Shown here: positions 37,427 to 48,800 of the stretch, one piece after another | Numbering within the stretch: position 1 is the stretch's first letter | How the letters are laid out: each line of letters begins with the position of its first letter | Source: an uncultured Candidatus Binatia bacterium | GTDB taxonomy: Bacteria > Desulfobacterota > Binatia > UBA9968 > JAJDTQ01 | Direction: 5' to 3' | Assembly: GCA_965213675.1 (NCBI GenBank) | Contig: OZ243916.1 | Location: 384,001 to 448,000, forward strand | DNA length: 64,000 bases | Made by a program: the position numbers and the translations under genes | Notes under the pieces: model-generated | The model's database searches: none | Told to the model about the DNA's origin: nothing | What the model saw: only the letters and a program-made list of their open reading frames with translations

Positions 37427-38671
37427 CTACCGCTCCAGCGTCTCTTTCGCCACGAAGGCCAGCAGTCCCGCGGACAACCAGAGTATCGGCGTGAGCGCGA
37501 GAAACGGCACGCCGGGATAGAACGCGTTGGCGAGCATGCCGCCAGCCAGGGGCGCGCCCAGGCCGCCCACGTCGGCCACGGTGCGGCGCATGGCCTGAAG
37601 GCGCCCGCGGGCATGGCGCGGCGCCACGTCGTAGGTGGATGTGGCGAGGCAACCCAGAGACAGCCCGTTGGCGATGCCGGTGAGGGACACCAGCACGGTC
37701 AGTTCGAGGAACGTGTCGGCCAGCGGTATGATGAGGAAGACCACCGCCGGGATCACGCTGCTCGGTACCGTCGCCCACTTCCTGCCCACCTTGTCGAGCA
37801 CAAAGCCCGCGGGAACGATCATGAGAAAGACCACCACGCCCGAGATGGAGAAGAGGGCGCCCACCTCCACCGGGGTGAATCCCAGGTACGCGCCGGCATA
37901 GAGCGGCAGCATGCTTTGAAGCGTGAGCCGGAACATCAGGCTGGCGCCGGTGGCCACGACAAGGACGGCGTAGGTCGGACGCAGCGACGGCTCCACCTCG
38001 CGGTAGAGTGCGACGATGCGGCCGAGCCAGTGGCGCGGGCCAACGCCCCTGTCTGGGCTTCGCACGGGGGGGCTCGGCGCGGCATCGGCCTTCGCGGGCC
38101 GGTCCACCGCGAGACTGCACAAGGTCGCCAGCGCGGCCCAGAGCGCGGCGGCCAGGAACACCGTGCGGAATCCCCAGGACACGGTGAGGAAGCCGCCCAC
38201 CAGCGGCCCCAGGGTCAAGCCGCCGTTGTGAACCCCGTGAAAGCCGCTCATGACCCGGCCGCGCTGAGTCTGGGCGGTGAGGTCGATGCCCGTGACCTCC
38301 CGGCCCATGGCCCATATGGCGTCGGCCACGCCGATGACGAAAAGCGCCATCAGGAGCCCGGCGAAGGAGGGGCTCGCGAATGCCCCGAGGGCGGCCAGCC
38401 CGGTGGTGGCGGCGCCGGCCACCATCATCACCCGCGGGCCGATGCGGTCGAGCATGATGCCGCTCATGGGGGTGCCGCAAAAGCGCCCCGCCGCCCACGC
38501 GGTCACGGTCTGCGCGGCCGCGCCCATGGAGATGTCGAAGGAGCCGGCCAGCACCGGGATGGTGGGCAACACCATGCCCCAGGCGAGTCCCGAGAAGAGG
38601 GCGCCGCCATAGAGCAGCGTGAAGTTGCGCAGCACGCGCGGTTCGAGTCCGGCCATGGTCACGGCGCCCAT
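37427..38671 (-). CDS. MFS transporter
   Basis: About 12 TM segments. GIMLDRIGPR and GFVLDKVGRK loop motifs. Confidence 0.88.
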   Translation of the reverse strand: MGAVTMAGLEPRVLRNFTLLYGGALFSGLAWGMVLPTIPVLAGSFDISMGAAAQTVTAWAAGRFCGTPMSGIMLDRIGPRVMMVAGAATTGLAALGAFASPSFAGLLMALFVIGVADAIWAMGREVTGIDLTAQTQRGRVMSGFHGVHNGGLTLGPLVGGFLTVSWGFRTVFLAAALWAALATLCSLAVDRPAKADAAPSPPVRSPDRGVGPRHWLGRIVALYREVEPSLRPTYAVLVVATGASLMFRLTLQSMLPLYAGAYLGFTPVEVGALFSISGVVVFLMIVPAGFVLDKVGRKWATVPSSVIPAVVFLIIPLADTFLELTVLVSLTGIANGLSLGCLATSTYDVAPRHARGRLQAMRRTVADVGGLGAPLAGGMLANAFYPGVPFLALTPILWLSAGLLAFVAKETLER

Positions 38672-38681
38672 TCACACGTTC

Positions 38682-39563
38682 TCATCGCGCCGCCCCTCCC
38701 AGCGTGATGGCCAGCGTCCCGGTCACCACCGCCAGGCTGCCGCCCACGGTGCGCCGGTTCACCATTTCGATGTTGTGCAGGAACACCACGGCGTAGAGCA
38801 GCACCCACATGGGCTGGGTGGCGACCATGGGGGTGACCAGCACCACCGGGCCGACGCTGAGGCCGGTGGTGAACAGCAGGAACCCCAGATTCTCCAGCAA
38901 GGCGGCGGCCAGGAACGGTCCCAGGGATTGTCGGTTCCACACGGGGCGGGTGGGCGTTCCCGGCAACGCCAGGTAGCTGGCGAAGGACGCCAGCGACACG
39001 GCTCCGACCACGGCCGCGAACAGGATCGGGTAGCCGTCCCCCTGCAACGAGTAGCGCGCGAGGTTGTGCACCGCGGCCGCGCTCAAGGCGCCGCCCAGGG
39101 AGTAGACGCCATGCCACCAGCGGGCGCCGGCGCGCCGCTCCTCGTCGCGCCACGAGATCAGGGTGATGCCCGCCACGATGAGGACAATGCCGGCAAGGAC
39201 CGGCAGGGTGGCGTCCTCGCCCAGGAAGCTCAGCGCCAGCAGAGTGCTGAAGAGCGGGTGGGTGGAGCGCAGGGCCGTGCCGCGGGCGGCGCCGATGCGC
39301 GCGATGCCGGTGTAGGTGAGCCAGCGCACCACGGGCATGAGAAAACCCACGAGCACGGCAGGCCACAGGAACGCGGCGCCCACGGCCGGAACCCCCGTGA
39401 AAAGCGCCACCAACGTCCACAGCACCACGGTCTGGGAGATCAGCGAGAGCAGGGTAATGGTGGTGGCGTTGGAGTATTGCAGACCCCGGCGCGCGGAGAT
39501 GATGCTGACGCCGTAGGTCCAGGCGGTCAGAAGGCCGACGGCTTGAGGCAGGTACGGCGTCAT
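38682..39563 (-). CDS. DMT/EamA-family transporter
   Basis: About 10 TM segments with two EamA-like halves (PLFSTLLALSFLGE; PMWVLLYAVVFLHNIE). Confidence 0.85.
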   Translation of the reverse strand: MTPYLPQAVGLLTAWTYGVSIISARRGLQYSNATTITLLSLISQTVVLWTLVALFTGVPAVGAAFLWPAVLVGFLMPVVRWLTYTGIARIGAARGTALRSTHPLFSTLLALSFLGEDATLPVLAGIVLIVAGITLISWRDEERRAGARWWHGVYSLGGALSAAAVHNLARYSLQGDGYPILFAAVVGAVSLASFASYLALPGTPTRPVWNRQSLGPFLAAALLENLGFLLFTTGLSVGPVVLVTPMVATQPMWVLLYAVVFLHNIEMVNRRTVGGSLAVVTGTLAITLGGAAR

Positions 39564-39600
39564 GGGCGCGCGTGCGGCGCCAACCAGACCCGCCGGGCCA

Positions 39601-40662
39601 TCAGTTGCGGATGTCCTGCTGGAACCACTCCAGCGGCAATTCGTGGCCGAGGCCGTTGTCCCTGGCGTAGCGGTAGACCAGATAACCGACGGCGGCGAAC
39701 TGGATGCCGGCGGAGAAGTTGTGGTGCAGGGTGGTCTGTCCGTCGTTCTCCCGGCCCGGTTTCTCGCCCATCAACACTTCGGACAGCGTGGTGTGGTTCC
39801 GGTCGGTGTAGCGCCGCATGTAGTTCTTGTCCATGGGGCGCCGGTCGCGTTCTTCCTGCGTGCCCAGCGCGTAGTTGAACACGGCCTGGTTGGAGGTGCC
39901 GATCACCACGTCCGCCTTCTCGTAAGTCTCGTCCTCGAGTTCCTCCGGACGCACGTCCACCACGTGCATGCCGGTCTGGAGCCAGTCCGCCTGAAACAGG
40001 GGCACGCGCGAGTCCGTGCAGGTGGCGCCGATGTCGGCGCCGCTCATGGCCTCCCGCGCGGAGTTCACCGCGGTAACCTTGATCCCCAGGGTCTCCGCCA
40101 TCTTCTTCGCGTAGGCCTCCCGGTTGGCCTGGGTGGGGCTGAAAACCTTGATGTGTTCGATGGGGCGGACGGCGCAGGCGGCCATGGCATAGGTACGCGC
40201 CATGGCGCCGGATCCCAGCACGCCCATCACACGGGAGTCGGCGCGGGACAGATGCCTGACCCCGACCCCGGCGGTGGCGCCCACCCGGTAACTCTGGAGA
40301 TAGCCGTCGTTCATGATGCACAGGAGTTCGCCCGTGCGCGTGTCCACCAGCAGGATGATCCCGCAGTACTTGCCCGGTTCGACGTTGAACCAGTGTTCGG
40401 TGACCGCGCCGTTGTATTCCTGCCAAGTCATGATGTCGAGCTTGAATCGAAACGCCAGGACCGGCGGGTCCTTGATGGCGCCCAGCAGGGAGCCCCAGCG
40501 GAAGTAGTCGCCCACAGTGGCGGTGGGCGACCACAGGTCGGTGCGCGGCTGAAAAACGGCGTCGCCCTCGGCAAGCTGTTTGAGCGCGTTCTCCATGGCA
40601 TCGACGGCGTCGTTCATGCGTAGCGCCTGTTCAGCGATGCGATTGTCGATCATCAGTGGCAT
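39601..40662 (-). CDS. Ornithine cyclodeaminase / mu-crystallin family protein
   Basis: FQPR, LVDTRTGELL, RVGAT, GVLGSGAMA, KVFSPT, TCTDS, GRENDGQ. Confidence 0.88.
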   Translation of the reverse strand: MPLMIDNRIAEQALRMNDAVDAMENALKQLAEGDAVFQPRTDLWSPTATVGDYFRWGSLLGAIKDPPVLAFRFKLDIMTWQEYNGAVTEHWFNVEPGKYCGIILLVDTRTGELLCIMNDGYLQSYRVGATAGVGVRHLSRADSRVMGVLGSGAMARTYAMAACAVRPIEHIKVFSPTQANREAYAKKMAETLGIKVTAVNSAREAMSGADIGATCTDSRVPLFQADWLQTGMHVVDVRPEELEDETYEKADVVIGTSNQAVFNYALGTQEERDRRPMDKNYMRRYTDRNHTTLSEVLMGEKPGRENDGQTTLHHNFSAGIQFAAVGYLVYRYARDNGLGHELPLEWFQQDIRN

Positions 40663-40692
40663 GGTGTTCTCCGGTGATGCGCAAGCTGCTGG

Positions 40693-40849
40693 TGTGGTGT
40701 CTGGTTAATTCGCGTCATAATCTACGGAGGATATTTTGTCGTCGGCAAGGCGCGATGACGAGCAGTGGCGGGTACCACGCGAGGAAGAGCAACGCAGCCG
40801 ACGGCGAAAAAGACCCGCAGATTATGACGCGTATTAACCAGACACCACA
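40693..40849. mobile_element. 157-bp MITE with 35-bp terminal inverted repeats
   Basis: TIRs 40693-40727 and 40815-40849 match at 33/35. Flanked by CTGG and CTAG, with no transposase ORF. Confidence 0.8.
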
Positions 40850-41161
40850 CTAGCTCTCGTGCTAGCAGCTTTCCGCCGCGGGTGTCCAACGGTGTTCGCC
40901 CTGGGTGTTCCCCGTGTCCTGTGCCGCGCAGGTTGCGCAGGGATGACGGAAGTTGGAAGTTCGGACGGGGTCGATCCGGCGGAACGAGTCCCTGTGAGGA
41001 CAGGAACGATGTCCCACCGGCCCTGGACGCGGGCGCCCGGTCCGTGTGGGAACGTCTTGCATCCTGTGTTCGAAACAGGGTTGCGACGGGAGTCTGTGTC
41101 CGGTAGTCTTTCGCGGACCATTTGCCAGGACAATTCGTTCCGGAACAGGAGGACCGACAAC

Positions 41162-42244
41162 ATGAACAGACGTGCCCGTCGATACTTGCTTGTGGTGGCC
41201 GCGTGGGTCGCCGTGGCGCTGACATTGCCGGCGTTCAATGCCGCCGCCGCGGATCTCAGCGGCAAGACCGTTACCTGGACGATTCCGTTCAGCGAGGGCG
41301 GCGGTTCCGGCCGCTGGGCCCGTTTCGTCGAGCCGTTTCTGCGCAAGCACAGCGGCGCCGACATCCGGTTGAAGTTCGTTCCTGGTGGTGGCTCCACCAA
41401 GGGCGCGAACCTCTACGCCAAACGCGCCAAGCCGGACGGCCTGGATTTGTTGGGCACCTCGGGTTCCACCCAGTTTCCGTTCCTGCTGGGCGACAAGCGC
41501 GTGAAGTACGACTACGGCGCGTGGCGTCCGCTGCTGGCCTATGCCACGGGCGGCGTCGCGTATATCAGTCCAAAGTTGGGCGCCAAGACCGCCGCTGAAC
41601 TGGTGGCCAGTAAACCGTCGCTCAAGTACGGCTCCCAGGGCGCCACGTCGCTGGACCTCGTGCCGTTGCTGGCGTTCGAAATGCTCGGCCTCGACGTCAA
41701 GGCCGTGTTCGGCATGAAGGGCCGTTCCGCGGGTCGCAAGGCGTTCATGACGGGCGAGACCAGCATCGACTACCAGACGTCCGCGGCCTACCTGTCCAAG
41801 GTGACCCCGCTGGTGAAGGAGGGCAGCGCGCTGCCGATCCTGTCCTGGGGCGCCCTCGACGCCAAGGGCAACCTGGTTCGCGATCCCAACTTCCCGGACC
41901 TGCCGCACTTCGCCGAAGTCTATGAGCAGGTCCACGGGAAGAAGCCCTCCGGCACCTGGTTCGACGCGTGGAAGGCTTTTTTCACCGCGGGTTTCCCGGC
42001 CCAGAAGTTCGTGGTGGTCCCCAAGGACACGCCTGACGACGTGGCGAAGGCCTACGAGGACGCCTTCAACAAGATGCTGGCGGACCCGGAGTACATCGCC
42101 AACAAGGACAAGAAGATCGGCACCTACGCCCAGGTGACGGGGTCGGCGGCGGCACTGAAGTTCAAGGCGGCCACGCAGGTTCCGGCGGAGGCCCGGAAAT
42201 GGGTGCGGGATTGGCTGACCAAGAAGTACAACGTGGTTTTCTGA
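41162..42244 (+). CDS. tctC: Tripartite tricarboxylate transporter substrate-binding protein (TctC/Bug family)
   Basis: Signal peptide, IPFSEGGG, VPGGG, KPDG. AGGAGG RBS. Adjacent to tctA. Confidence 0.88.
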   Translation: MNRRARRYLLVVAAWVAVALTLPAFNAAAADLSGKTVTWTIPFSEGGGSGRWARFVEPFLRKHSGADIRLKFVPGGGSTKGANLYAKRAKPDGLDLLGTSGSTQFPFLLGDKRVKYDYGAWRPLLAYATGGVAYISPKLGAKTAAELVASKPSLKYGSQGATSLDLVPLLAFEMLGLDVKAVFGMKGRSAGRKAFMTGETSIDYQTSAAYLSKVTPLVKEGSALPILSWGALDAKGNLVRDPNFPDLPHFAEVYEQVHGKKPSGTWFDAWKAFFTAGFPAQKFVVVPKDTPDDVAKAYEDAFNKMLADPEYIANKDKKIGTYAQVTGSAAALKFKAATQVPAEARKWVRDWLTKKYNVVF

Positions 42245-42314
42245 GGACCTGTCCCGCGTGTCCGCGTCCTGTGGGGCGCGGCCGCGCTCGGACGGGTTGC
42301 AGAGCCTGAAAGCG

Positions 42315-42346
42315 AGGGCGGCCGGTCTTGCACGGCCGCCCTTTTT
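42315..42346 (+). terminator. Rho-independent terminator / attenuating hairpin after tctC
   Basis: AGGGCGGCCG-loop-CGGCCGCCCT followed by a T run. Confidence 0.75.
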
Positions 42347-42423
42347 CATTCCAGGCTCCGGGGCCGCGCGGTTCCGGGCCGGACGCGTTCCAGGCGGTGC
42401 GCCGAAGTTGGGAGGACCGCGGG

Positions 42424-44412
42424 ATGATCGATGCGCTCGTTGAAGCCTTTGCGACCCTGTTGCATGCCCAGCACATGGCCTTCCTGGTGGTGGGTGTGCT
42501 GCTGGGGCTGGTGGTGGGTATCTTCCCGGGGCTCGGCGGCATCGTCGGCCTGTCGCTGCTGATCCCGTTTCTTCACGGCATGGATCCGGTGTCCGCGCTG
42601 GCCATGCTGGTGGGGCTGGTGGCCGTCATCCCCACCTCGGACACGTTCACTTCCGTGCTCATGGGCATCCCCGGTTCCAGCGCCTCACAGGCCACGGTGC
42701 TGGATGGGTTCCCGCTGGCGCGGAAGGGGGAGGCGGCGCGCGCCCTGGGGGCGGCGTTTTCGGCCTCGCTCTTCGGCGGCCTCTTCGGCGCCGTCATCCT
42801 CACGTTTTTCGTCCTCATCGCCCGCCCGGTGATTCTGTTCTTCACCACCGCGGAACTGTTCATGCTCGCGGTGCTGGGCATTTCCATGGTCGGGGTGCTG
42901 TCGGGCAATTCCATCTGGAAGGGCGTGGCCTCCTGCGGCCTGGGACTGGTGGTGGGCGCCATCGGCGGCGCCCCGGCCACGGGCGAGGAGCGGCTCGTGT
43001 TCGGCGTGGATTACCTGGCCGACGGCATTCCCCTGGTGGTGGTGGGGCTCGGCATCTTCGCGCTGCCCGAGGTGGTGGACCTGCTGCGCGGCTCCGGCGC
43101 CATCTCCCGCGCCCACGCGCTGGGGAAGGGTTGGCTCGACGGCCTGCGGGACATGATCCGCAACCGCTGGCTGTGCCTCCGCTGCGCCGGCATCGGCACG
43201 CTCATCGGCGCCATTCCCGGGCTCGGCGGCTCGGTGGTGGACTGGATTGCCTACGGCCACGTGGTTCAGACCGCGCAGGACAAGTCGCAGTTCGGCCACG
43301 GCGACATCCGCGGCGTGCTCGCGCCGGAGTCCGCCAACAACGCCAAGGAGGGCGGCGGGCTTATTCCCACGCTGCTGTTCGGCATTCCCGGCAGCGGCAG
43401 CATGGCGGTGTTCATCGGCGGCCTGGTGCTCATCGGCCTGGAGCCCAGCCCGCGGATGCTCACGGCGGAACTGTCCACCACCTACACCATCGTGTGGAGC
43501 CTGGCCCTGGCCAACGTCGTGGGCGCGGGCCTGTGCCTGTTCCTCTCGCCCGCCATCGCGCGCCTGACCACCATCCGTTACCACCTGCTGGCGCCGTTCA
43601 TGCTCATGGTGATCTCCTTCGCCGCGTTCCAGGCGAGCCGCGACATCATGGACTTCGTCGCCCTGGTCGCCATCGGCCTCCTGGGCGTGGGCATGAAGCG
43701 CTTCGGCTGGTCGCGTCCGGCCATGCTCATCGGCTTCGTGCTCGCCGATCAGGTGGAGACCTACCTCTACCAAGCCATTCAGTTCCACGAGTGGGGCATG
43801 GCCACCCGTCCCGGCGTGTTGATCATCGGGGCCATCATCGTCGTTTCCATCTGGCTCGGCGCGCGCAACCGGCCCGACGGCGAACCCGATCCCGGCGCGC
43901 CGCAACGGCACGCGCGCGACATGACACCGCAGCTTCTTTTCGCCGGCTTCGCCGTGGCGGTCTTCGTCATCGCACTCGCGGATTCGCTGCGGCATACGCT
44001 CTTGGCGGCGGTATTCCCGGTCAGCGTGGCCGCGGTGATGCTGGTGGCCGGCCTGTGCGTGTTTCACGGTATCTGGCGCAGCGCGGGCGCCCCCACGGCG
44101 TACAACGAAGACGCGGAACGCCCGGGCGTCGAGGGCCACGAAACACCCGAACGAGGCATCTGGTACTACCTCAACTGGCTGCTCGCGCTGCTCGGGACAA
44201 CCGCCCTCGCCGGGTTCTTCATCGCGTTGAACCTGTTCTTCCTGGCGTTCCTGCGGCGGGAAGCCGGGGTGCGCTGGTCTCGCGCCGTGGTGCTCACCAT
44301 CATGGCGGACCTCGTGCTGCTGTTCCTGTCGTGGCTCATGACCCTGGATCTCCCGGAGGGCCTGCTGCAGCGCCGCGTTCCCGACCTGCCCTGGCCGCTG
44401 GGTCCGATCTAG
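42424..44412 (+). CDS. tctA: TTT permease TctA with a fused C-terminal TctB-like domain
   Basis: Duplicated PGLGG motifs, GIPG, LDGFPLA, APESANNA, plus about 160 extra residues with four or more TMs. Confidence 0.9.
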   Translation: MIDALVEAFATLLHAQHMAFLVVGVLLGLVVGIFPGLGGIVGLSLLIPFLHGMDPVSALAMLVGLVAVIPTSDTFTSVLMGIPGSSASQATVLDGFPLARKGEAARALGAAFSASLFGGLFGAVILTFFVLIARPVILFFTTAELFMLAVLGISMVGVLSGNSIWKGVASCGLGLVVGAIGGAPATGEERLVFGVDYLADGIPLVVVGLGIFALPEVVDLLRGSGAISRAHALGKGWLDGLRDMIRNRWLCLRCAGIGTLIGAIPGLGGSVVDWIAYGHVVQTAQDKSQFGHGDIRGVLAPESANNAKEGGGLIPTLLFGIPGSGSMAVFIGGLVLIGLEPSPRMLTAELSTTYTIVWSLALANVVGAGLCLFLSPAIARLTTIRYHLLAPFMLMVISFAAFQASRDIMDFVALVAIGLLGVGMKRFGWSRPAMLIGFVLADQVETYLYQAIQFHEWGMATRPGVLIIGAIIVVSIWLGARNRPDGEPDPGAPQRHARDMTPQLLFAGFAVAVFVIALADSLRHTLLAAVFPVSVAAVMLVAGLCVFHGIWRSAGAPTAYNEDAERPGVEGHETPERGIWYYLNWLLALLGTTALAGFFIALNLFFLAFLRREAGVRWSRAVVLTIMADLVLLFLSWLMTLDLPEGLLQRRVPDLPWPLGPI

Positions 44413-44525
44413 TGTGGTCGCGCTTCCCGGGGCACGGGTGCTTGGGCGGCGCTCGAATCGTGTTATCATTTGCCATGCCGCCTTTCAGCGCCGGTGGTGC
44501 GGGGCGGTCTGCGCACAGGTGATCC

Positions 44526-45881
44526 ATGGCCGGATTTCTCAAGAAGCTGCTTTTCTGGGTACCCGTTGGCATTGGCGTGCTCGCGGTGGTGTACGCGTTG
44601 GGTTCGCGGGAAGCGCCGCCGCGCATCGAGGCCGAGGAACGGACGACGGCCGTGCGCGTGGTGGAGGCCGTTTCCCTGCGGGTGGTGCCGCGGGCCGTGG
44701 GGCACGGCAGCGTCAAGCCGGCCAAGGTGTGGGAAGCCGTGGCCGAGGTGAGCGGCACGGTGGTCTATCGGCATCCGGAGTTGCAGCGCGGGGCGATACT
44801 CGCCGCTGGAACGAAGCTTCTGCGCATCGACCCCACGGACTACCGTCACGCCGCCGCGGAAATCGAAGCCAACATTCGCGCCGCGGATTCCCAGCTTGCC
44901 TTGCTGGACGTGCGCGCGGTGAATGCGAAACGTTCGCTGGCCATCGAGGAGCGGAACCTGGCGTTGGCGCGCAAACAGTTCGAGCGCACGCGAGAGTTGC
45001 TGCGCCGGGGCGCGGTGTCGCGTTCCGACGCGGACCGCGAGGAGCGTTCGGTGCTCGCCAGCGAGCAGGCGGTACAGAACCTGCGCAACTCCGTGCGGCT
45101 GCTTCCGGCGGAACGCGCGGCGCAGAAGGCGCAGCGCGACCGGCTCCAGTCCCAGTTGGAGACGGCCAAGCGCAACCTGAGCCGCACCACCGTGGTGGCC
45201 CCGTTTACGTGCCGCATCGCCGCGGTGAACGTCGAGATGAGTCAGTTTGCCGCCAAGGGGCAGGTGCTGGTGGAGGCGGACGGCCTCGACGTGGCCGAAG
45301 TCATCGCCCAGGTGCCCATGAGCCGCGTGCTGGCGTTGTCGCAGTCGCGCGTCGAGCGGGAGCCGGCATTGGGCGGCGGCATTCCGCGGTTGCGCGAGCA
45401 AGTCCGGGCCGTGGTGCGCCTGCGCTCAAGGGATGTCGCCGTCCAGTGGCCCGCGCGCTTCTCACGGATGAGCGACACGGTGGATCCGCGTACCCGTACG
45501 GTGGGGATCATCGTCGCGGTGGACCAGCCCTACGGGCAGTCCCAGGAGGGCCCCCGGCCGCCGCTGGTGAAGAACATGTACGTGGAGGTGGAACTTCGCG
45601 GGGAGCCCCGGCCCGACGCGGTGGTGATTCCGCGCGCGGCCCTGCGGGGTAGCCAGGTCTACGTCGCAGGGCGGGCGAACCGGCTGGAGTTCCGCGCGGT
45701 GGAAGTGAGCTTCACCCAGGCCGATTTCGTGGTCCTCCGGTCAGGACTCCAAACCGGCGAGCGCGTGGTGATCTCCGACCTGCCCTTTGCCGCCGAGGGC
45801 ATGCTTCTGCGCCCGGAACCGGATCCGGTGGTGTCGGCCAACCTGGTGGCGGAGGCCACGGGCGTGGCCCCCGTCCGGTAA
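44526..45881 (+). CDS. RND efflux periplasmic adaptor (membrane fusion protein)
   Basis: N-terminal TM, EVSGTV lipoyl half, long coiled coil, APFTCRI, VDPRTRT, SGLQTGERVV. Confidence 0.9.
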   Translation: MAGFLKKLLFWVPVGIGVLAVVYALGSREAPPRIEAEERTTAVRVVEAVSLRVVPRAVGHGSVKPAKVWEAVAEVSGTVVYRHPELQRGAILAAGTKLLRIDPTDYRHAAAEIEANIRAADSQLALLDVRAVNAKRSLAIEERNLALARKQFERTRELLRRGAVSRSDADREERSVLASEQAVQNLRNSVRLLPAERAAQKAQRDRLQSQLETAKRNLSRTTVVAPFTCRIAAVNVEMSQFAAKGQVLVEADGLDVAEVIAQVPMSRVLALSQSRVEREPALGGGIPRLREQVRAVVRLRSRDVAVQWPARFSRMSDTVDPRTRTVGIIVAVDQPYGQSQEGPRPPLVKNMYVEVELRGEPRPDAVVIPRAALRGSQVYVAGRANRLEFRAVEVSFTQADFVVLRSGLQTGERVVISDLPFAAEGMLLRPEPDPVVSANLVAEATGVAPVR

Positions 45882-45888
45882 CGATCCC

Positions 45889-48800
45889 ATGATCCGTTTC
45901 TTCGCCGGCCATCCCACGGCGGCCAACCTGCTCATGATCGGGTTCATCCTGCTGGGACTCGTTTTCGCGGGAACGGTCAAGCGCGAGACTTTTCCCGACA
46001 TCGCGTCCGATTCCGTGCGCGTGCAGATGCCTTGGCCCGGGGCTTCGTCCGCGGACGTGGAGCAGGGCATCTGCCTCAAGCTGGAGACCGCCGCGGACAG
46101 CGTGGATCAACGGGAGGAAACCCGTTGCGAGGCACGGGAAGGGTTGGCGGTGGCCACCCTGGTGATGCGCCAGGGCGGCGATCTCGAACGTTTCCTGGAA
46201 GACGTCAAGAACGAGGTGGACGGCATCCGCGACTTCCCCGCGGATGCCGAGGCCCCGGTGGTGCGCGAACTGGGGCGCGTGGACCTGGTGGCGTCCATTG
46301 CCGTGGCCGGGCCGTTGACGCCGGCCGGACTGAAGGCCTACGCGGAACGCATGAAGGATGATCTCCTGGCGATTCCGGGCGTGGCCAATGTGGACATCCA
46401 GGGCTTTTCCCAGCGCCAGATCCGGATCGAGGTCCCGGCGTCGACCATGCGTCAATTCGGTCTCAGCCTGCGCGACCTCGCCAACGCCGTGGAACGCCAG
46501 AACGTGACGCTGCCGGCAGGGTCGGTGCAAGCCCGGGACTCGACGGTGCTGATCCGCTTTGATGACGAACGGCGCACGCCGCGCACCTTCGAGGACTTGG
46601 TGGTGGTGGCCTCGGCCAGCGGCGCCGTGATCCGCCTGGGAGACATCGCCGCCATCACCGACCGCTTCGAACACGCCGAGGAGAAGAACCTTTTCAACGG
46701 CCGCCGCGCGGCCTGGCTCACGGTGGAGAAGGGCCGCTCCGATGACACCCTGAGGGTCATCGATGCCGTCCGAGCGTATCTCGACGAGCAACGGGCGCTG
46801 GCGCCGCCGAACATGGTGTTCGATATCACCCGCGACGTATCGTCCATTGTGCGCGACCGCCTGAACATGCTGTTGGCCAACGGCGGGCAGGGCCTGGTGC
46901 TGGTGTTTCTGGTCATGTGGTTGTTCTTCGGCCTGCGTTACTCCTTCTGGCTGGCCGCGGGGCTTCCGGTGGCGTTCATGGGCACCATCGCCGGCATGGC
47001 GGCCATCGGCTACTCCTTCGACATGATCACCATGGTGGCTCTTCTCATCGCCCTCGGCCTGATGATGGACGACGCCATCGTCATCGCGGAGAACATCGCG
47101 CGCCACCGTGCCGCCGGAAGCTCGGTGGTGGACGCGGCGGTGGAAGGGACGCGGGAGGTGGCCCCGGGAGTGCTGGCGTCTTTCCTCACCACCATCGGCG
47201 TCTTCGGCGCCCTTGCCTTCCTGCAAGGGAACATCGGCGCGGTCATGGCCGTTCTGCCGGTGGTGTTGATCCTGACGCTGGCCTTCAGCCTGGTGGAGGC
47301 GTTCCTGATCCTGCCGCACCACCTGCTGAGGTCGTTGCGCGCCACGCGCCACACGTCGCCTCCCAGGTTGCGGGTGCTGTTCGACGCGGGTCTGGCGCGC
47401 TTCACCGAAGGGTTTGTGGGGCGGCTGGTGGATGCGGCCGTATCCTGGCGTTACCTCACAGTGGGTTTGATTACGGGTCTGTTCCTCTTGTCCGTGGCCG
47501 CCATGGCCGGGGGTGTGGTCAAGTTCAGGACCTTTCCCGATGTCGAGGGCAACGTGGTCGAGGCCAGCCTGCTCCTCTATCCCGGGACGCCGCTGGCCCG
47601 GACCGAGGCGGTGGTGGAGCGGGTGGTGGCGGCCGTCCGGGCTGTGGACGAAGCCTACGCGGCCGAGCGACCGGACGGCCGCCGCATGGTGCGGAATATC
47701 GGAGTTCAGTTCAGCCGCAACCGGGCGGCCAATGAGACAGGCGAGCACCTGGCCACCGTCCTGGTCGATCTGGTGGGTCCGGATGCCCGCTACGCATCGC
47801 TGGACGAGATCATGAGCCGATGGCGCGCGCGCGTGGGCACACCGCCGGATGTCATCGCGCTGACCTTCGGCGAACCGCAGTTGGGGCCTGCGGGCAGGCC
47901 CATCGACATCCGGTTGGTGGGCGAGGACATGAAGTCGTTGAAGGCCGCCGCCCTGGAACTGCGCGAGTGGCTGGGCGGGTATCGCGGCGTGTTCGATCTG
48001 ACCGATGATCTGCGTCTGGGCAAGCCGGAGCTGCGCGTGCGCCTGCGCGAAGGCGCTCTGGCACTGGGAGTGAGCGCATCCGACGTTGCCGGGCAACTGC
48101 GGGCGGCGTTTCAGGGGCGCCGGGCGGGCGAGTTCCAGGTGGGGTCGGAGGACTACGAGGTGGACGTCCGCCTGTACCAGCGGGACCGGGACAGTCTCGC
48201 CGACCTCGCTCGCTTCACCGTGACCGTGCCCACCGGCGAGCAAGTGCCGCTGTACACCGTGGCTACGCTGATCTCCGAGCGCGGTTACAGCCGCATCCAT
48301 CGCGTGAACGGGCGCCGCGCCGTAACCGTCCGCGGCGACCTGGATTCGGACCAGGCCAACGCCGCGGAAATCATCGCCGATACCCAATCCCGTTTCTGGC
48401 CCGGCCTGCAGGCGCGCTATCCTGACATCCGCATGGAGTTGGAGGGGCAGGCCCGCGAATCGGCCGAGACCGGGGCGTCCCTCGGGCGTAACTTCCTGGT
48501 GGGGCTGGCCGCCATCTTTCTTCTCCTGAGCTTCCAGTTCCGCGGCTACGTCGAGCCCCTGGTCATCATGGCTTCCATTCCCGTGGGCCTCGTGGGCGTG
48601 GTCCTCGGGCACCTCGCCATGGGTCTGGAACTTTCCATGCCCAGTCTCGTGGGCTTTGTTTCCCTTGCCGGCGTCGTGGTCAACAACGCCATCGTGCTCG
48701 TGGTCTTCATCAAGACACGCCGCGCCAGCGGCGAGACCGCGGAAGCCGCGGCGCGCGGCGCGGCCCGGGACCGGTTCCGCGCCGTCCTGCTGACGTCGCT

